From Thraustochytrium aureum (lineage: Eukaryota): a stretch of 53,615 bases of DNA. The notes below the pieces were generated by a model. That model did not search any database, was not told the DNA's origin, and saw only the letters and a list, made by a program, of their open reading frames with translations. The position numbers and the translations under genes were made by a program. The stretch covers positions 111,399-165,013 of the forward strand of contig BLSG01000385.1 in NCBI GenBank assembly GCA_012862495.1, written 5' to 3'. Below are positions 11,340 through 24,044 of this stretch, piece after piece (positions within the stretch are counted from its first letter, which is position 1; each line of letters opens with the position of its first letter).

Positions 11340-11825
11340 ACATGCGCAGCAGCAGCTGCTGTTGCTGCGTTGTGCTGCTGCTGCTGTGCTGTGCTGCTGT
11401 TGCTGCGCTGTGCTACTATGCTGCTATCCTGCTGCGCTACGGCTGTGTTCAGGTCGGTTTGGTTGTGTTCTGGTTTGGGTTGTTTGTTTGCTTGCGCCAC
11501 GTCGTTGGCGGTCGCCAAGGCGCCGCAGCTGCTGCTGCTTCGTAGCTGCTTCGTAGCTGCTGCTGCTTCGTAGCTGCTTCGTAGCTGCTGCTGCTTCTAC
11601 GGCTTTGTTCAGGTTGGTTTGGTTGTGTTCTCGGTCGTTTGCTGCTGCACGTCGTTGGAGGTCGCCAAAGCGCCTGCAGCTTGAGCCGCTTCGTAGCTGC
11701 TTCGTAGCTGCTGGTGCTGTGCTGGTGCTGCGCTGGTGCTGCGCTGGTGCTGTGCTGCTGTGCTGCTGCGGCTGCTTCGGTGCGCTGCTGCGGCTGCTTC
11801 GGTGCGCTGCTGCGCTGCTGCTCCT
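11340..11825. repeat. (CTG)n-rich low-complexity tract containing an imperfect ~160-bp tandem duplication
   Basis: The unit ctacggct.tgttcaggt.ggtttggttgtgttct...cacgtcgttgg.ggtcgccaa.gcgcc.gcagct...(gcttcgtagct)n starts at about 11437 and again at about 11597. Confidence 0.85.
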
Positions 11826-11961
11826 CCGTGTCGTTCGGGGTATGGAATCGCACTCGTGAGTGCAGAATGTGATCGTGCTTTGCTGCGCAGTGCGACACCT
11901 GACGCACGGCAGCGGCAGGTCAGCGAGGCTAGCTTGCTGGGTAGGCTGGGGGAAGGCCGGG

Positions 11962-12708
11962 ATGGATGCGGCGCATGCCGGGATGGGGCAGCTGCCTGCG
12001 CAGCTTGCTGATGGTCTGGCGGGGACGACGGTCTTGGGCGAGCCTGAGACCGCGCCGGACGCACTGCGCGTCGGCGATGGCGACGGTCGAGCGATGAGGG
12101 TCGTACTGCCGATGCACATTGTCAAGGAGAAGGTGGGGCCGTTTCTGCAGCCGTGGCAGGCGTACTATTTGTCTGTGACGTGCAAGGAGATGGCCGAGTC
12201 GTTTAGATCGTGGTACTCGTGGGACGTGGCGGTGTCGAGGCTCGCGCCGCATGCCAGACAGAGCTTTCGCGCGAGGACGGTGAACGTGGCGTCGCTGCAG
12301 TATGCTCTGGACCAGGTGTGCTCGCTGTGCAAGGAGCCCATGCCCTGGAGGACGGCAGTCTTTGATGGAGTATTCGGCTTCCACGCGCACCCGCCTTGCA
12401 TCATGTCGCAGACGCGCGAGCCGACACAGCTTCGCCGGATCGGCATCGAGCTTGCCGACGTGGATGGGCTTGACGAGCTGCCGACGCATCGCACGGTCAC
12501 AATGACGACTTCAGGGCTTCGGAGTGGAAACCTTCGCGGCGCAGTCCTCGCGCATGCCGACCTGTGCGTAAAGGCCGAGTGGACGCTTGACCACCTCTTG
12601 CGCGACAATCTGGTCTGGGCCGCAAAGGCTGCCGCAGCGAATGCCGAGTCGATGGCGGAGCACCTCGCCTACCTGGACGCTTCGCCTGCAGGGCCAGAGC
12701 CCAGCTGA
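11962..12708 (+). CDS. Hypothetical protein with F-box-like motif and CxxC...HxxC cluster
   Basis: LPMHIVKEKVGPFLQPWQAYYLSVTCKEM fits the F-box pattern LP..I...i..fL......ls.tCK. Later CSLC...HAHPPC. Codon usage looks coding. Confidence 0.5.
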   Translation: MDAAHAGMGQLPAQLADGLAGTTVLGEPETAPDALRVGDGDGRAMRVVLPMHIVKEKVGPFLQPWQAYYLSVTCKEMAESFRSWYSWDVAVSRLAPHARQSFRARTVNVASLQYALDQVCSLCKEPMPWRTAVFDGVFGFHAHPPCIMSQTREPTQLRRIGIELADVDGLDELPTHRTVTMTTSGLRSGNLRGAVLAHADLCVKAEWTLDHLLRDNLVWAAKAAAANAESMAEHLAYLDASPAGPEPS

Positions 12709-13850
12709 GGCAAGCGCGCAGACGCTGGTGTCGACCCACATCCACGCCGACTGCGTTCACGGTGCTCAAAAGAGCGAGCTTGGCGGCTTTCGCCTCCAAG
12801 ACACCGCCCAGGGTCGACCAAGACCTCGCCGAAACTGACCCCGCTGTATAAAAATCACACCAACTTGTCGCTTGCAGCTGCTCAGCCTACGTACGCTCGA
12901 ACGCCACCACAAAGAGACAGCAACGCCGCAGCAGAGCCGTGCGCATCGCGGGCGCATCGCGGGCGCACCGTGGACGCAACACTTGCTGAAAAAGTCGGTT
13001 CAAACCTGAAACGCGCTCCTGGCCTCGCTCCTCGGCGGCGACAAGCAAGGCAGGCCTTGCACGCTGCGAGGGCGCGGGCGTGTGAAAAGTCGAGGCGGCC
13101 CCGCCGCGGCTCGCCGTCGCGCCCGTGCTGCTCGGCGTCTGCGGTGGCTGCTTCGCGCGGAGGATTCGATTGGAGCGCGACANNNNNNNNNNNNNNNNNN
13201 NNNNNNNNNNNNNNNNNNNNNNNNNNNNNNNNNNNNNNNNNNNNNNNNNNNNNNNNNNNNNNNNNNNNNNNNNNNNNNNNNNNNNNNNNNNNNNNNNNNN
13301 NNNNNNNNNNNNNNNNNNNNNNNNNNNNNNNNNNNNNNNNNNNNNNNNNNNNNNNNNNNNNNNNNNNNNNNNNNNNNNNNNNNNNNNNNNNNNNNNNNNN
13401 NNNNNNNNNNNNNNNNNNNNNNNNNNNNNNNNNNNNNNNNNNNNNNNNNNNNNNNNNNNNNNNNNNNNNNNNNNNNNNNNNNNNNNNNNNNNNNNNNNNN
13501 NNNNNNNNNNNNNNNNNNNNNNNNNNNNNNNNNNNNNNNNNNNNNNNNNNNNNNNNNNNNNNNNNNNNNNNNNNNNNNNNNNNNNNNNNNNNNNNNNNNN
13601 NNNNNNNNNNNNNNNNNNNNNNNNNNNNNNNNNNNNNNNNNNNNNNNNNNNNNNNNNNNNNNNNNNNNNNNNNNNNNNNNNNNNNNNNNNNNNNNNNNNN
13701 NNNNNNNNNNNNNNNNNNNNNNNNNNNNNNNNNNNNNNNNNNNNNNNNNNNNNNNNNNNNNNNNNNNNNNNNNNNNNNNNNNNNNNNNNNNNNNNNNNNN
13801 NNNNNNNNNNNNNNNNNNNNNNNNNNNNNNNNNNNNNNNNNNNNNNNNNN

Positions 13851-16108
13851 CCTTTTCTCTCCGCGCGGTCGACCTCGCTGGGGCTGCCGACGAGGTGGAC
13901 GAGGTTCAGCGCGCCGTCGACGACCAGGCCAGCTCTGGGTACCTGAGCGCCTTCGACCCGAACTCCTCTGCTGTGGTCAAGGAAGTCGTGCTCAACATCG
14001 AGGAGCAGGTCTCACAGGTGCGCTTGGAGCGCACCGAGATGGGCGTAGGCAAGGCGATGCCGGGCGTCGAGCTTTTAGCGCTGCTAGATCGAGCGGGATG
14101 CACCGCGACAACCATCGGGCCCATCCTCGAGCACTTTGACAAGGTAATCGACGAGCACGGGCGAGCCGTGTACTTGGAGCTCGTCGCCAAGGCGCTGCGC
14201 CGCGCGATGCTTCCAGGCGTCGGCATGGAGCCCGAAGCCGTGGCCAACTTGTTCTACAACGTGTACATCGAGGAAGAAAATCAGCTGGGCGCGGGTGGCC
14301 GCGGGCAGACTAGCTTTCGCGGCAGGGGCCGGGGCCGCGGCCGCGGCGGAAGCGCCAGGGGCCAGGCTCCTGCTCGAATCCCAGGGCAGCCTCAGCCACG
14401 GACGCTCAACTATTGGTGCTTTAGCCCAGGCGTAGCCCTGCGCGAGCTGCAAAACCTGGGCGTGCACTCGATTATTCTCACAAGCGGGACTCTTGCGCCG
14501 CTGAGCTCGTTCGCGAGCCAGATGCGCGTCCCGTTCCCCGTGCGGCTCGAGAATACGCACGTGATCGACGACGACCAGGTCTGGGTAGGAGTTCTCCCCA
14601 AAGGTGTCACGGGGAAGCGGCTCAACTCGAGCTACCAGAACAGGAGTAACCCAGAATACCTCGTCGAGCTCGGCAACACGATCGCCAACTTTGCGCGCCA
14701 GGTTCCCGACGGCGTCCTTGTATTCTTCCCGTCGTACACGGTGATGAACACCTGCATCGAGGCGTGGCGCGAGGGCGGCGTGTGGGCGAGGATCGAAAAC
14801 CNCAAGCCCATCATTGTGGAGGCCAAGAGTGCGGCGGACATGCAGGCCTGCGTCGAGAGGTATGAGGACCTTATTGAAAAAGGCAGGGGCGCCATGTTCC
14901 TGGCCGTGTGCCGCGGCAAGGCGAGCGAGGGCATCGACTTCGCGGACCGCAAGGCGCGCGCCGTGGTAATCACGGGGCTCCCTTACCGCCCAAGAACGAC
15001 GCCCGTGTCGTCCTCAAGCGCAAGTACTTGGACACAAACCGCGGGGCTGGAGGAGTCGTCGCTCAAGGTCGGCGAGCGCAAGCTCACCGGGCAGGAGTGG
15101 TACGGCCAGCAAGCGTTTCGCGCCGTCAATCAGGCCGTTGGGCGGGTCATCCGGCACCGGAACGACTACGGGGCAGTAATTTTATGCGATGACCGGTTCG
15201 GGTTTGGCTCTGCGCGCGAGTCGCTCTCGCTTTGGCTCCGTCCGAGCCTGCACGTGTGCAAGAGCTTTGGGGAGGCCACAAAGCAGCTCGCGCAGTTTTT
15301 CCGCTCCAACACGAGCAAGCCCGAGCTGAACGGCCCAAGCAAGCCTCGGGCGTCGCGGCCGGCGGGGGGGGCTTGGCAGTCGGGTGAGGGCGGGCTCGAG
15401 GACGGGCCTGGGAAGCGCGACAAGCGGCCCTCGTACTTTGACCGCGCCTCTGCTAAGCGGCAGCAGGTCGGCACCAAGGTGGTCGCGCACGGCTCGCAAG
15501 GGCCGAGCAACCTCGGGGCCCTTTTGCAGCGCGAGACTGTCACCATCAAGTACGAGCACGACGAGCCTGGCAGCAGCTCCTCGTCGGCCATGACGGCCTC
15601 GGCTGCAGGCAAGCGCGTCGGGGCCCCGGCACTCTCCAACAAGTGGACCGCACAGCCGGCGACCAGGGGAACAGAAGACGTCGGCCAAGAGCTGGACCGG
15701 CTGGAGAGGAAGAAGCGGGCGCGCCTGCGCCTGGTGGAGGAGATGCGCCTTGAACAGGGCCGCAAGCGCGTCCGAGACCGGTTTGCAGCCTCCTCGAAAA
15801 CGCGCGACGCTGTGGTCTTTATGGGGCACGTCAAAACGGTGCTTTGTGCCGACGCCTTCAAGGCATTCAAGCTGCTGCTGAAGCGCATCAAGAGGATTCA
15901 GAACGACGCCACAACGACAAACTCGATGGTGCAGGGCGCTACGCCCGTGTTCCGCGAGCTCGTCGGGCTCTGGCTGGCGCAGCTGGGCGCTTCGCGCGGG
16001 GAGGACCTTGTCATTGAGTTTTTGCACTTTCTTCCACCCAAGCTTCGCGAGGCGTACAAGTCTATGGCATCTGAGATTCTGGTCCCCAGTGCGAACGGCT
16101 CGGACTGA
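13851..16108 (+). CDS. RTEL1: Regulator of telomere elongation helicase 1 (XPD-family Fe-S helicase); 5' part in gap
   Basis: LNYWCFSPG, IILTSGTLAPL, GVLVFFPSY, AVCRGKASEGIDF and RAVNQAVGRVIRHRNDYGAVILCDDRF. The C-terminal helical segment resembles the RTEL1 harmonin-homology domain. Compensating frameshifts around 14987-15045. Confidence 0.9.
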
Positions 16109-16317
16109 CCTTTGCCGGCGGTCCTTCGCTCGCAGGAATCGAACTGGTCAAAGAAACAAAAAAGTAAGAGAAGAAGGGAAAAATCAGCTCAACCTCCGCC
16201 CCTGGCACGCTGCAAGCAAGCTGGACGCAGACACCGTCCTCCAGAAAACCTGTGCGTGCGCGCTAGCAAATGACAAACCGCGCTCCTCCCCAATGCAGGA
16301 CCGGGAACGCCTCGCGG

Positions 16318-17029
16318 TCACGCGGACGGTCCAGATGGGTCGACGAAGGCGCGAAAGCTCCACTCGGTGCTGATGGTGCAGGCGTCGTCGATATGGGTGC
16401 CGTGCGCGTCCACCTTGGCGAAGGAAATCCGGTTCATTGTGCGGCAGTCGCGGTAGAACAGCACGCGCATGCAGTCTTCGAGCAGCTTGCGGGCCTCGCC
16501 CTCCGACATGCCCTCGCGCCACTCGCGCCGGAGCACGGGCATCGCCATGTGCAGGCCTAGGCCCGTTGCGACAAAGTCGGCCTCGTACGACGTCCCGATC
16601 TTGTCCGTCGTCCCGAGGAAGGCCTCGCCGTCGCGAAAGCCCGCCACTACGAGGTTGTTCCACAGCGGGTTCATCTGGCTCCGGCGATGGTACAGCATCC
16701 GCGTCATGCAGCTCCAGATCTCGTGCGGCGTGTACGTAATCCCGTCCGCAACGCACTTGTCCTGCACGCGGAGCTCCTTGAGCACCNNNNNNNNNNNNNN
16801 NNNNNNNNNNNNNNNNNNNNNNNNNNNNNNNNNNNNNNNNNNNNNNNNNNNNNNNNNNNNNNNNNNNNNNNNNNNNNNNNNNNNNNNNNNNNNNNNNNNN
16901 NNNNNNNNNNNNNNNNNNNNNNNNCGCCACCACAGAGGTCCCGGTCACAATCGGCTGCATCGTGTGCCGCGTCGGCTCGTCCGACCCGGACGCCGCGCAC
17001 GCCAGCGTGCTGCTCAGCATGCTCGCCAT
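16318..17029 (-). CDS. PSMB4: 20S proteasome subunit beta-7 (PSMB4/Pre4); interrupted by gap
   Basis: TMQPIVTGTSVVA before the gap. YHRRSQMNPLWN, ATGLGLHMAMP and CMRVLFYRDCR after it. Confidence 0.93.
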
Positions 17030-17900
17030 CCTGCTCTCCTGCGCCCTTGTCCTGCTCCTGCAACGGCCCCGCGCCTCCAAACCCCGTCCCTCGATGCGCG
17101 TCTGCCCCTCCCAGCGCTCCTCCTTCCCCAACCGCCACGCACCCACGACAGACCCGCACCGCCCTCCAAAGACCCTCCTGCGCCCCATGAAGCTTCGCCG
17201 ATCAAAGGAACAAACGAAGGTACGCTGGACCCACACCAGCAGCGCCGTGCGAGAGTGCTCACGAGCAAAGGAAGGGTTCATGGAGGAAAGAAGATTCAAG
17301 AAACGAAAGCTGCCAACGAAGTCGTGAACAACGAAGTCGTGAACAACAGGAGGGAGAACAAATGAATGATCACGGACAACGAGCAACGAATGAGGCGCAA
17401 CAAAGAATATGTCCGTTGGAGGCCGCCGGCAACGGCTCTTGTGCGTGAGTTGGGTGGCTGGCTGGCTGGCTGGCTGCCTGCCTGCCTGCTTGCCCGCTTG
17501 CCTGCGCAAGTGGCGACTGTGGAGGTCGGGACGAGGTGCTCTGTGCGGCGCGCTGCGCTTGCTTTTTTTGCGCAAGTTTCCCGCGCTGAGTGTGTCCTCG
17601 AGCGTGATTCGATAGGGATCGATCTCGAGTAGGTCTTGCCTCGCTCCTTGGAGCGCCAACAAGACTGAGAGCCGGCGAGCTGGAGCCGAAGCGAGCGTTG
17701 CAGTTCAGGTTTAGGGCGCAGACAGAGACGCGCCTGGCAAGCCAACTGCAGAAGCGCTCGGACCGGCGCGGGCAGTGTGCCAGCGCGACAGTGCGGCCAC
17801 CGCGCTGCCCAAGGCCCTTTGGTCGACCGAACGACCAGAGCCGACCGCAGGAAGCGCGAGCCGCTCTGGCACCAAGAACAAAGACGACGGCGCAGGGAGG

Positions 17901-20464
17901 ATGGCGTGCACCACGCACAAGGTTCCGGTGACGAACAGGGTCGTCGGCGACAGGTGGGCGACGTATTGCCAGGCCGTGCACGTGCACAAGCTCCTCAACG
18001 TCAAGGCGGAAGTCGACTTTGCCCGCAAGGAGGACCGCGTTACGCATACGAAGGAATCAAAGAAGCGCAATTGTAAGCGGCGTGAGCTGGAGCGCGAGCG
18101 CGAGCACCAAATCCAAAAGGGGAACGAGCACTTGCTGAAACGCATCATGGAGATCGAGCGGTCGAGCAAAGCTCGCGTTCGCGCCAGAATGCAAAAGAAG
18201 AGGCTGCGCATCAAGCACGCCAAGACCAAGCTCGCTTGTGCAACGCGCAAGGGTGACGAAACAGACAAGCGCGCCGCGCTCGAGAGCATAGAGCATGCGT
18301 CCATGTCGACGGACGCCCACTTGCTCCACTCGAACCACGTCGCTGCGCGTTCGTCGCGCATCAAGCAGGAGAGGTACCGTATTGCGCAGGAAAATGAGCG
18401 CATGATGAAGAGACTGCTTTCCACCAAGGCGACTATTTCGGCGGAGCATTTGGAGGCGGAGGCGAGGCGGCGCGAGAAACTCCTCCGGAACCTCTCGGAG
18501 ACCCAACAGCACAAGGTGCTCGATCTATCGCACATCACGCTGCAGGCCGTCCTGCAGTCGGAGGGGGCGCAACGCCACAGCGTCCACGCCCGCCTCAGAG
18601 TCCCAGTAAGCGCATCGCCAGACCAGGTGGTGTCGGCCGGTGTCGAAAGCTCAAGCCGAGGGGCCATTGCACCCCCGAGCAAGAGCAATCAGAAACGGAG
18701 CAAAACGCGGCAGTCGCGGAGGGGCCTGCGCAAACACCACCACAAGTTGACCGCGCTCCACACTTGCGCATCGTAACGCCGCCAGCAGGCGAAGACGCGG
18801 AGGAGTGCGGTTCTTCGCGCAGCAGTGTGGGGGCAACTCAAAACTCCAAGTACAGCTCAATAAGGGCCCAGGCGCCAGCAAACTTTGAACACCGCGACCG
18901 AGATATTGACGCGCACCTTGCCGAGCTGACAGCTCCGCCCGAGTCGGAACGCCTTGCTGCACCACGAGAACACGAAGGTGACGCGGACGACCACAGTCAA
19001 GGCGCAGCATCAGCCACAGTTCTTGCAAATACTGCGCTCGAAGACGACGAAGTTGCCACCCAGGGCTCTTGCTTTGTCAAGTACGACACTGACGATGAGG
19101 ACGTTCTAGAGCGGTCTGTTTCAATGACCATCTCAAGCAAGCGGAGCGATCGGCACGACGCTGAGGCGGACGTGCTTCGGAACGATCGCCCGGTCCACCG
19201 AAGCGAGCCCGCCTGCGAGGCCGAGAATGTCGGCTCGGCGGAGGCGACCGAGGCAGACACGCCGCACTCTGCAAGCAAGGACGACCTTGGTCTTTCTGAG
19301 ATAGCCAGCACGGCAGCGCAGGCGCGAACAAGTGTTAGCACAAGGTGCGATAGCGCTGTTGGGTGCAACATGCCTACTTCGGACAGGGACGATTACGAAG
19401 CGAGTGAAAGCATCGCCCCCGAACCGCGTCTGAGCGCGAATACGATGCAAGGCTTGGCGGAAAGCGTGGATCCAAGCCGAGACGGTCTTGCATGGGAAGG
19501 GCAGAGCGAACTCGAAGTGCCGCCTCAAGACTCGAGCTTCAAGTCTGGGGGCGCTTCGACGGCCGCCGATGCTGCCACGGACGATTTTGCTGACCACAAC
19601 GATTTCGTCGGTCTGCAGTCGCCTCACTCTGACGGCACTACACACGAAGACGCTCAGAGCAATGGGGTTGACTCTGCGTTTCAGCAACGCTTAAGGGAGG
19701 AAGGACCCAGCCACGACCACGTTGGCTCTCTAAGCTCGCTAACAGACGGTGGCGAAACTCTCCGCCCGCCCGCTTCAGCGCTAGAAGTTGGAATTCCGGA
19801 TGTGCCATCGTACAGCAGACCCTCGGTACTGATTCCAGAACTCCGTGGCGTTGACAACATGCCGCTGTCGCCAAGCTCTCCAGCAAGCGCAAACGACCAC
19901 AGCTTCAACGCAACGGCGTCCCTAGCGGGCACGGTCGGGACGAGGGCGAGGGCAGACGACCTCGCCGACTTTGACGGTTTCGATATCGTTGCCTCCGAGG
20001 CTGACGAGGAGGGACCTCTCCCGATAAGCTCTGTCTCGCGGGGCGACGTGGCGTCGGCGGTCGCGCTCGATGAAAGCATCCAAGGTACCGAGGGACGTGT
20101 TGCGGCGCCTCTCCCGGTGTCTGGCCTGCAGCAGTCTTGCGAAGCCGACTCGCCCGTTGAGGGCCCATCGATGCCAAAGGGCGACGTCGGGGAAGTCGGT
20201 GACGCGGTTTCTGCCCAGACTGAATCGGATCCCGCACCAAAGGCAGAGTCTTCCTCAGACGCGCTGCATGGCGCGGTCGAGCACGTCGCAGATAGTACTA
20301 CCCAAGTTGCGCACGAAAGTTCGACAAGTGGCGCATGGCCGGTCAACGTTGGCAAGGCGGACGCGACGAAGGTGCACAAGAAGAGGAGCAAAGGCAAGAA
20401 AAAGAGGGAGAAGGAGAGCCAGAGGACCCGCTGGGGCGACGTCGACAGCACCGCTGACTGGTAG
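17901..20464 (+). CDS. CFAP97/KIAA1430 (Hemingway)-like coiled-coil protein with long acidic disordered tail; one frameshift between ~18560 and ~18680
   Basis: Two repeats of the pattern I..eN..l(l/m)kR(i/l): IQKGNEHLLKRIMEI and RIAQENERMMKRLLSTK. The frame of ORF 18764..20464 is open upstream through the G5 (18563) and C5 (18673) runs, so one added base fuses both ORFs. Confidence 0.6.
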
Positions 20465-21186
20465 TCTTCGGTTCGTCCGGCCGGGGGAAAGAAGGCCACT
20501 TGACTTGATAGTTGATTACTAATAATACCTCGGGCGATGAGACACTGACCATGTCGGAGAAGAACGTCGTGGTCCCCGTGTGCAAGCCACCGCCTCTTGA
20601 TTGACAGGGGCAGGGCCAACAAAGCAAGGCCCAAGCCCCACAGCTGCAAGGCGGTTCGCCGACGGCCATGCTGCCGAGGCACGCTTTTGTTTTTTTTCGG
20701 ACGAGGCGTAACCCGCCCAACAAAAAAACAACGTCGCCTCGCGCCACGGCGGCGCCTCGAGCGGCCAACGTCAAGCCCGCAGAGCGACAAACCTTCAAAG
20801 CGCCAGGCTGTGCCCATTCCCCTCTGTCCACGGGACCCAGTAAGTAAGCAAGTGAGTTGGGCGAGCATGAGTTACTCGTCGTCCAAGAGCAGATCGTTTC
20901 GAGCACTTGCGGGCTGCAGACCGCTGACTTTGCGCCTCGGCCTGCCCGGGCCAGGTGCTCTCGGCGCTCTCTCGCGCCCGAGGTCCGCCGCTCGTGGCGC
21001 TGGGAGCGGAAGCCNNNNNNNNNNNNNNNNNNNNNNNNNNNNNNNNNNNNNNNNNNNNNNNNNNNNNNNNNNNNNNNNNNNNNNNNNNNNNNNNNNNNNN
21101 NNNNNNNNNNNNNNNNNNNNNNNNNNNNNNNNNNNNNNNNNNNNNNNNNNNNNNNNNNNNNNNNNNNNNNNNNNNNNNNNNNNNNN

Positions 21187-22760
21187 CTCGGCAAAGGAAG
21201 GCCGCTGCAGGCGTGGAGCCCTGACGGCAAGCTACTCGCCGCCACAGGGAGCTCCAAAGTGGTTCACGTCCTCGACCTGGGGAGCGGCCTGCTGGTCAAG
21301 CAAGTCGTGCCGCCAGGCTCAAGCAGGTGCGTCGTGCTCGAGTGGAGCGCGTCGGGGTCGATGCTGGCGGTCGCGCAGGAAGGGTCCAAGACCCTGGTGG
21401 TGTGGGACCTTGTCAGAGATGCAGTCGAGTTTGTGGAGCTCGATGTGCGCGACGTCGTGTGCGCCGTGTGGTCGCCCTTGGTGGCACAAGGTCCCGGCTT
21501 CGCGGAGGGCCGCTCGAGCGCCCCGGACGACGCCGCTCTGCAGCAGGACGGTCCAGGGCAGGTAGGCGCCGACGATTGGGTGGGTGGGCTTTCCGCACGA
21601 GTAGCCTCGGATTGCAAACTGCTCGCACTCGGCACGAACCGCGGCCGCATCGTCGTTGTTGACCTAGAAGCGTATGCTAGCTGGAGCTGGGACAGCAGCG
21701 CAAAGTCTCGCCGGCGAGTGGGGTTTCTTGAGTGGTGCGCTCGACCCGTCGCAGAGGGAAGCACTGGCGACGAGGTTCAAAGCGCGTCCGAGCCCGCGGC
21801 GCCACGCTGGGGCCGTCTCGTCGTCCTCCACGCCGGCGACGGGCCAACGCTGCATATGAGCTCCCCTGACGGAGCAAGCTTGTTCGGAGTGAATCTCAAG
21901 GCATCAGTAGTGAGCGTTCGTGCTGCGCCGGACGGCCGCGACGACTTTTGCGCTAGTGTCGTTCTTGAGGATGGAACGCTGGGTATTGTCCGTGTGCCGT
22001 GGGGCGAGGTTGGGTTGGGCGCGGCACACGTCCGCGCGCCTGAGGGACGGCCAAAGGCTCGAAGCGACAGCTTGTCGAGCCTGCAAAGTGCCGACTCGGG
22101 TAGTGCGCTCAGCCGAGCGGCGGCGAGCAGGAACGCGCCGGCCGCCGCTCCGAGCAAGTCCAGGGGCGGTAGTGTACTCTGCGAAACTGTTCGCTGGTCA
22201 GGCTGGAGTTTGAAGCTTCGTACGGTCGGGTCGTGGAGCACCGATGGACCGACGCGGGTCACGTGGTTCTGGGGTTTGCTGGAGGGTGCCTCGTCGCTTT
22301 GGACGTGTCGAGCGAGGAGGCCCTCGGCGAGGAGCTGTCCCGCGCCCGGTTTCTGCGCCGCGGCATGCGCGACATGGCCTTTGGACGCGACGGGAAACTG
22401 GTCGCCACGTGCGGGGAGGATGGCCTGCACGTTTTCGACGTGGGTGGCTGGGCGCTCACTTCGGCGCAGCAAGTGGACGCGGCGCTTGGCCGGCTCGACG
22501 GTGTTCTTGTCAACGACGCCCAGGGGATGGTCAGCGTCTGCACGAGCGAAGGCAGCGTGCTTTGCTTTGCTCTGCCAGCCCCCGACCCTGCCGAGGAGGC
22601 CGCGGAGGAGATGTGGGATGCGCTGGAGCTGCTCAAGGCTCCAATGAGCCTGCTGGGGTTGGCGGCCGGCTACGCTGTTTGCTTGGCAGGCGCCGTGGCC
22701 TTATCGGCCTTGCACCTGGACGCAGACGTTGGGGTTGTGGTTCGGGCCCTTTTGGGCTAA
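21187..22760 (+). CDS. WD40 protein resembling the N-terminal propeller of IFT144/WDR19, ending in a hydrophobic TM segment; start in or before gap; frameshift near 22185
   Basis: AWSPDGKLLAATG, CVVLEWSASGSMLAV, LALGTNRGRI, LEFEASYGRVVEHRW...VVLGFAGGCLVAL, LGEEL, VATCGED and CTSEGSVLCF are collinear with the IFT144 N-terminus as recalled. Confidence 0.7.
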
Positions 22761-23465
22761 ACGTGGCGAGTGAAGGAGGCACCGCATGAGCTTTTGGGGC
22801 GGGCACTTGCATGTACACAGAAAACGTAGACGACAGGACCAACGACAGCAACTCCGAACCAACATGGATTGGACAATGTCACGCGCGCGGCAGCCACCAC
22901 GATGAGCGGCAAGAAGATTGCCATCGTGAAACACCGGAGGAAGTGACGATGTCTCACAAGACCTGCACGACGCAGCTGTTGGGGCGCCATTTGAAGAGGG
23001 TCCCTCATGAACGCGCAAGCAGAGCAGTGACAGCTTTGAGAACGATGCACGTGACGGTGCATCTGGGCCAAGAACTCGCTCACAAATCGGAGGCTCGAGC
23101 AGACAGGCGAAACGAAAGGGCATGATTGAGAAATAGCCATTTGGATGCGCAGTGCGGCCGAACCGCGGGGATGTCGGGTCCCAACTCGCTCAGGGGATGA
23201 ACTTGGCCGGGGGGGCTACACAATTTTCCATAGTACGTGCGTCATGGAATGCATCCCGCCCGCCCGCCGCTGGCGCCGCGAGCCAACGAAGGCTGGCTTG
23301 CGCTCCGAGCGCCACGAGCAGCAGAGCTCTGGTGCCCGCCGCGCGCGAGAGAGCACCGGCCCCGGGCTGGCCGAAGCGCAACGTCTGGGGTCTACAACCC
23401 GCAAGTGAATCGAGGGGCTCTCGGACGATGGATAAAAGAAGAAAGGCTGCGGGTTGGGTGAATCA

Positions 23466-24044
23466 TCAGTTGAGAAACTGCGCGAGCCAGCGAAAGCCCT
23501 CGGCATAGCCCATCTTGCGGACAACACTGCACATGAAGAGCTCAATCGGGCGGACCCCCGAAGATGCGTCGGGCTTGTTGTCCTTGCCAAAGGTGGCCAT
23601 AAGGCCCAGCGAGCTGCGCAGTTCGTCTTCAGAGGCCGCGCTAGGGAGGTCGATCTTGTTGCCGAGCACAAGAAGCGGGACGTTCTGCAGCATCTCGTCG
23701 GTGAGGAGTTGGTCCAGCTCCTTCTTGGCCTCGGGGAAGCGCTCGCGGTCGAGCGCGTCCACGATGTACACGACGCCGTCGACGGTGGTAAAGTACTCTT
23801 TCCAGAGCTTGCGCGCCGCCTCGTGGCCGCCAAGGTCGTGCGTCTGGAACCGAACGCTGCCGATCACGAGCTCTTCGTTGTTGGGATGCAGGGTGGGCGT
23901 GTAAACGGCGACGCGGTCGTCCTTGAGCATGTGGAGCAGCGTCGTTTTGCCAGCGTTGTCCAGACCGAGGAACAGAATCTTGGCATTCTTGTAATAGAGC
24001 CCCAGGTAGCTCAGCGCGCTGTAAAACCAGTCAAACCACCCCAT
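23466..24044 (-). CDS. SAR1: Small COPII GTPase Sar1
   Basis: Intact 192-aa ORF with amphipathic N-terminus, [24 protein letters not shown] and [11 protein letters not shown]. Confidence 0.97.
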   Translation of the reverse strand: MGWFDWFYSALSYLGLYYKNAKILFLGLDNAGKTTLLHMLKDDRVAVYTPTLHPNNEELVIGSVRFQTHDLGGHEAARKLWKEYFTTVDGVVYIVDALDRERFPEAKKELDQLLTDEMLQNVPLLVLGNKIDLPSAASEDELRSSLGLMATFGKDNKPDASSGVRPIELFMCSVVRKMGYAEGFRWLAQFLN

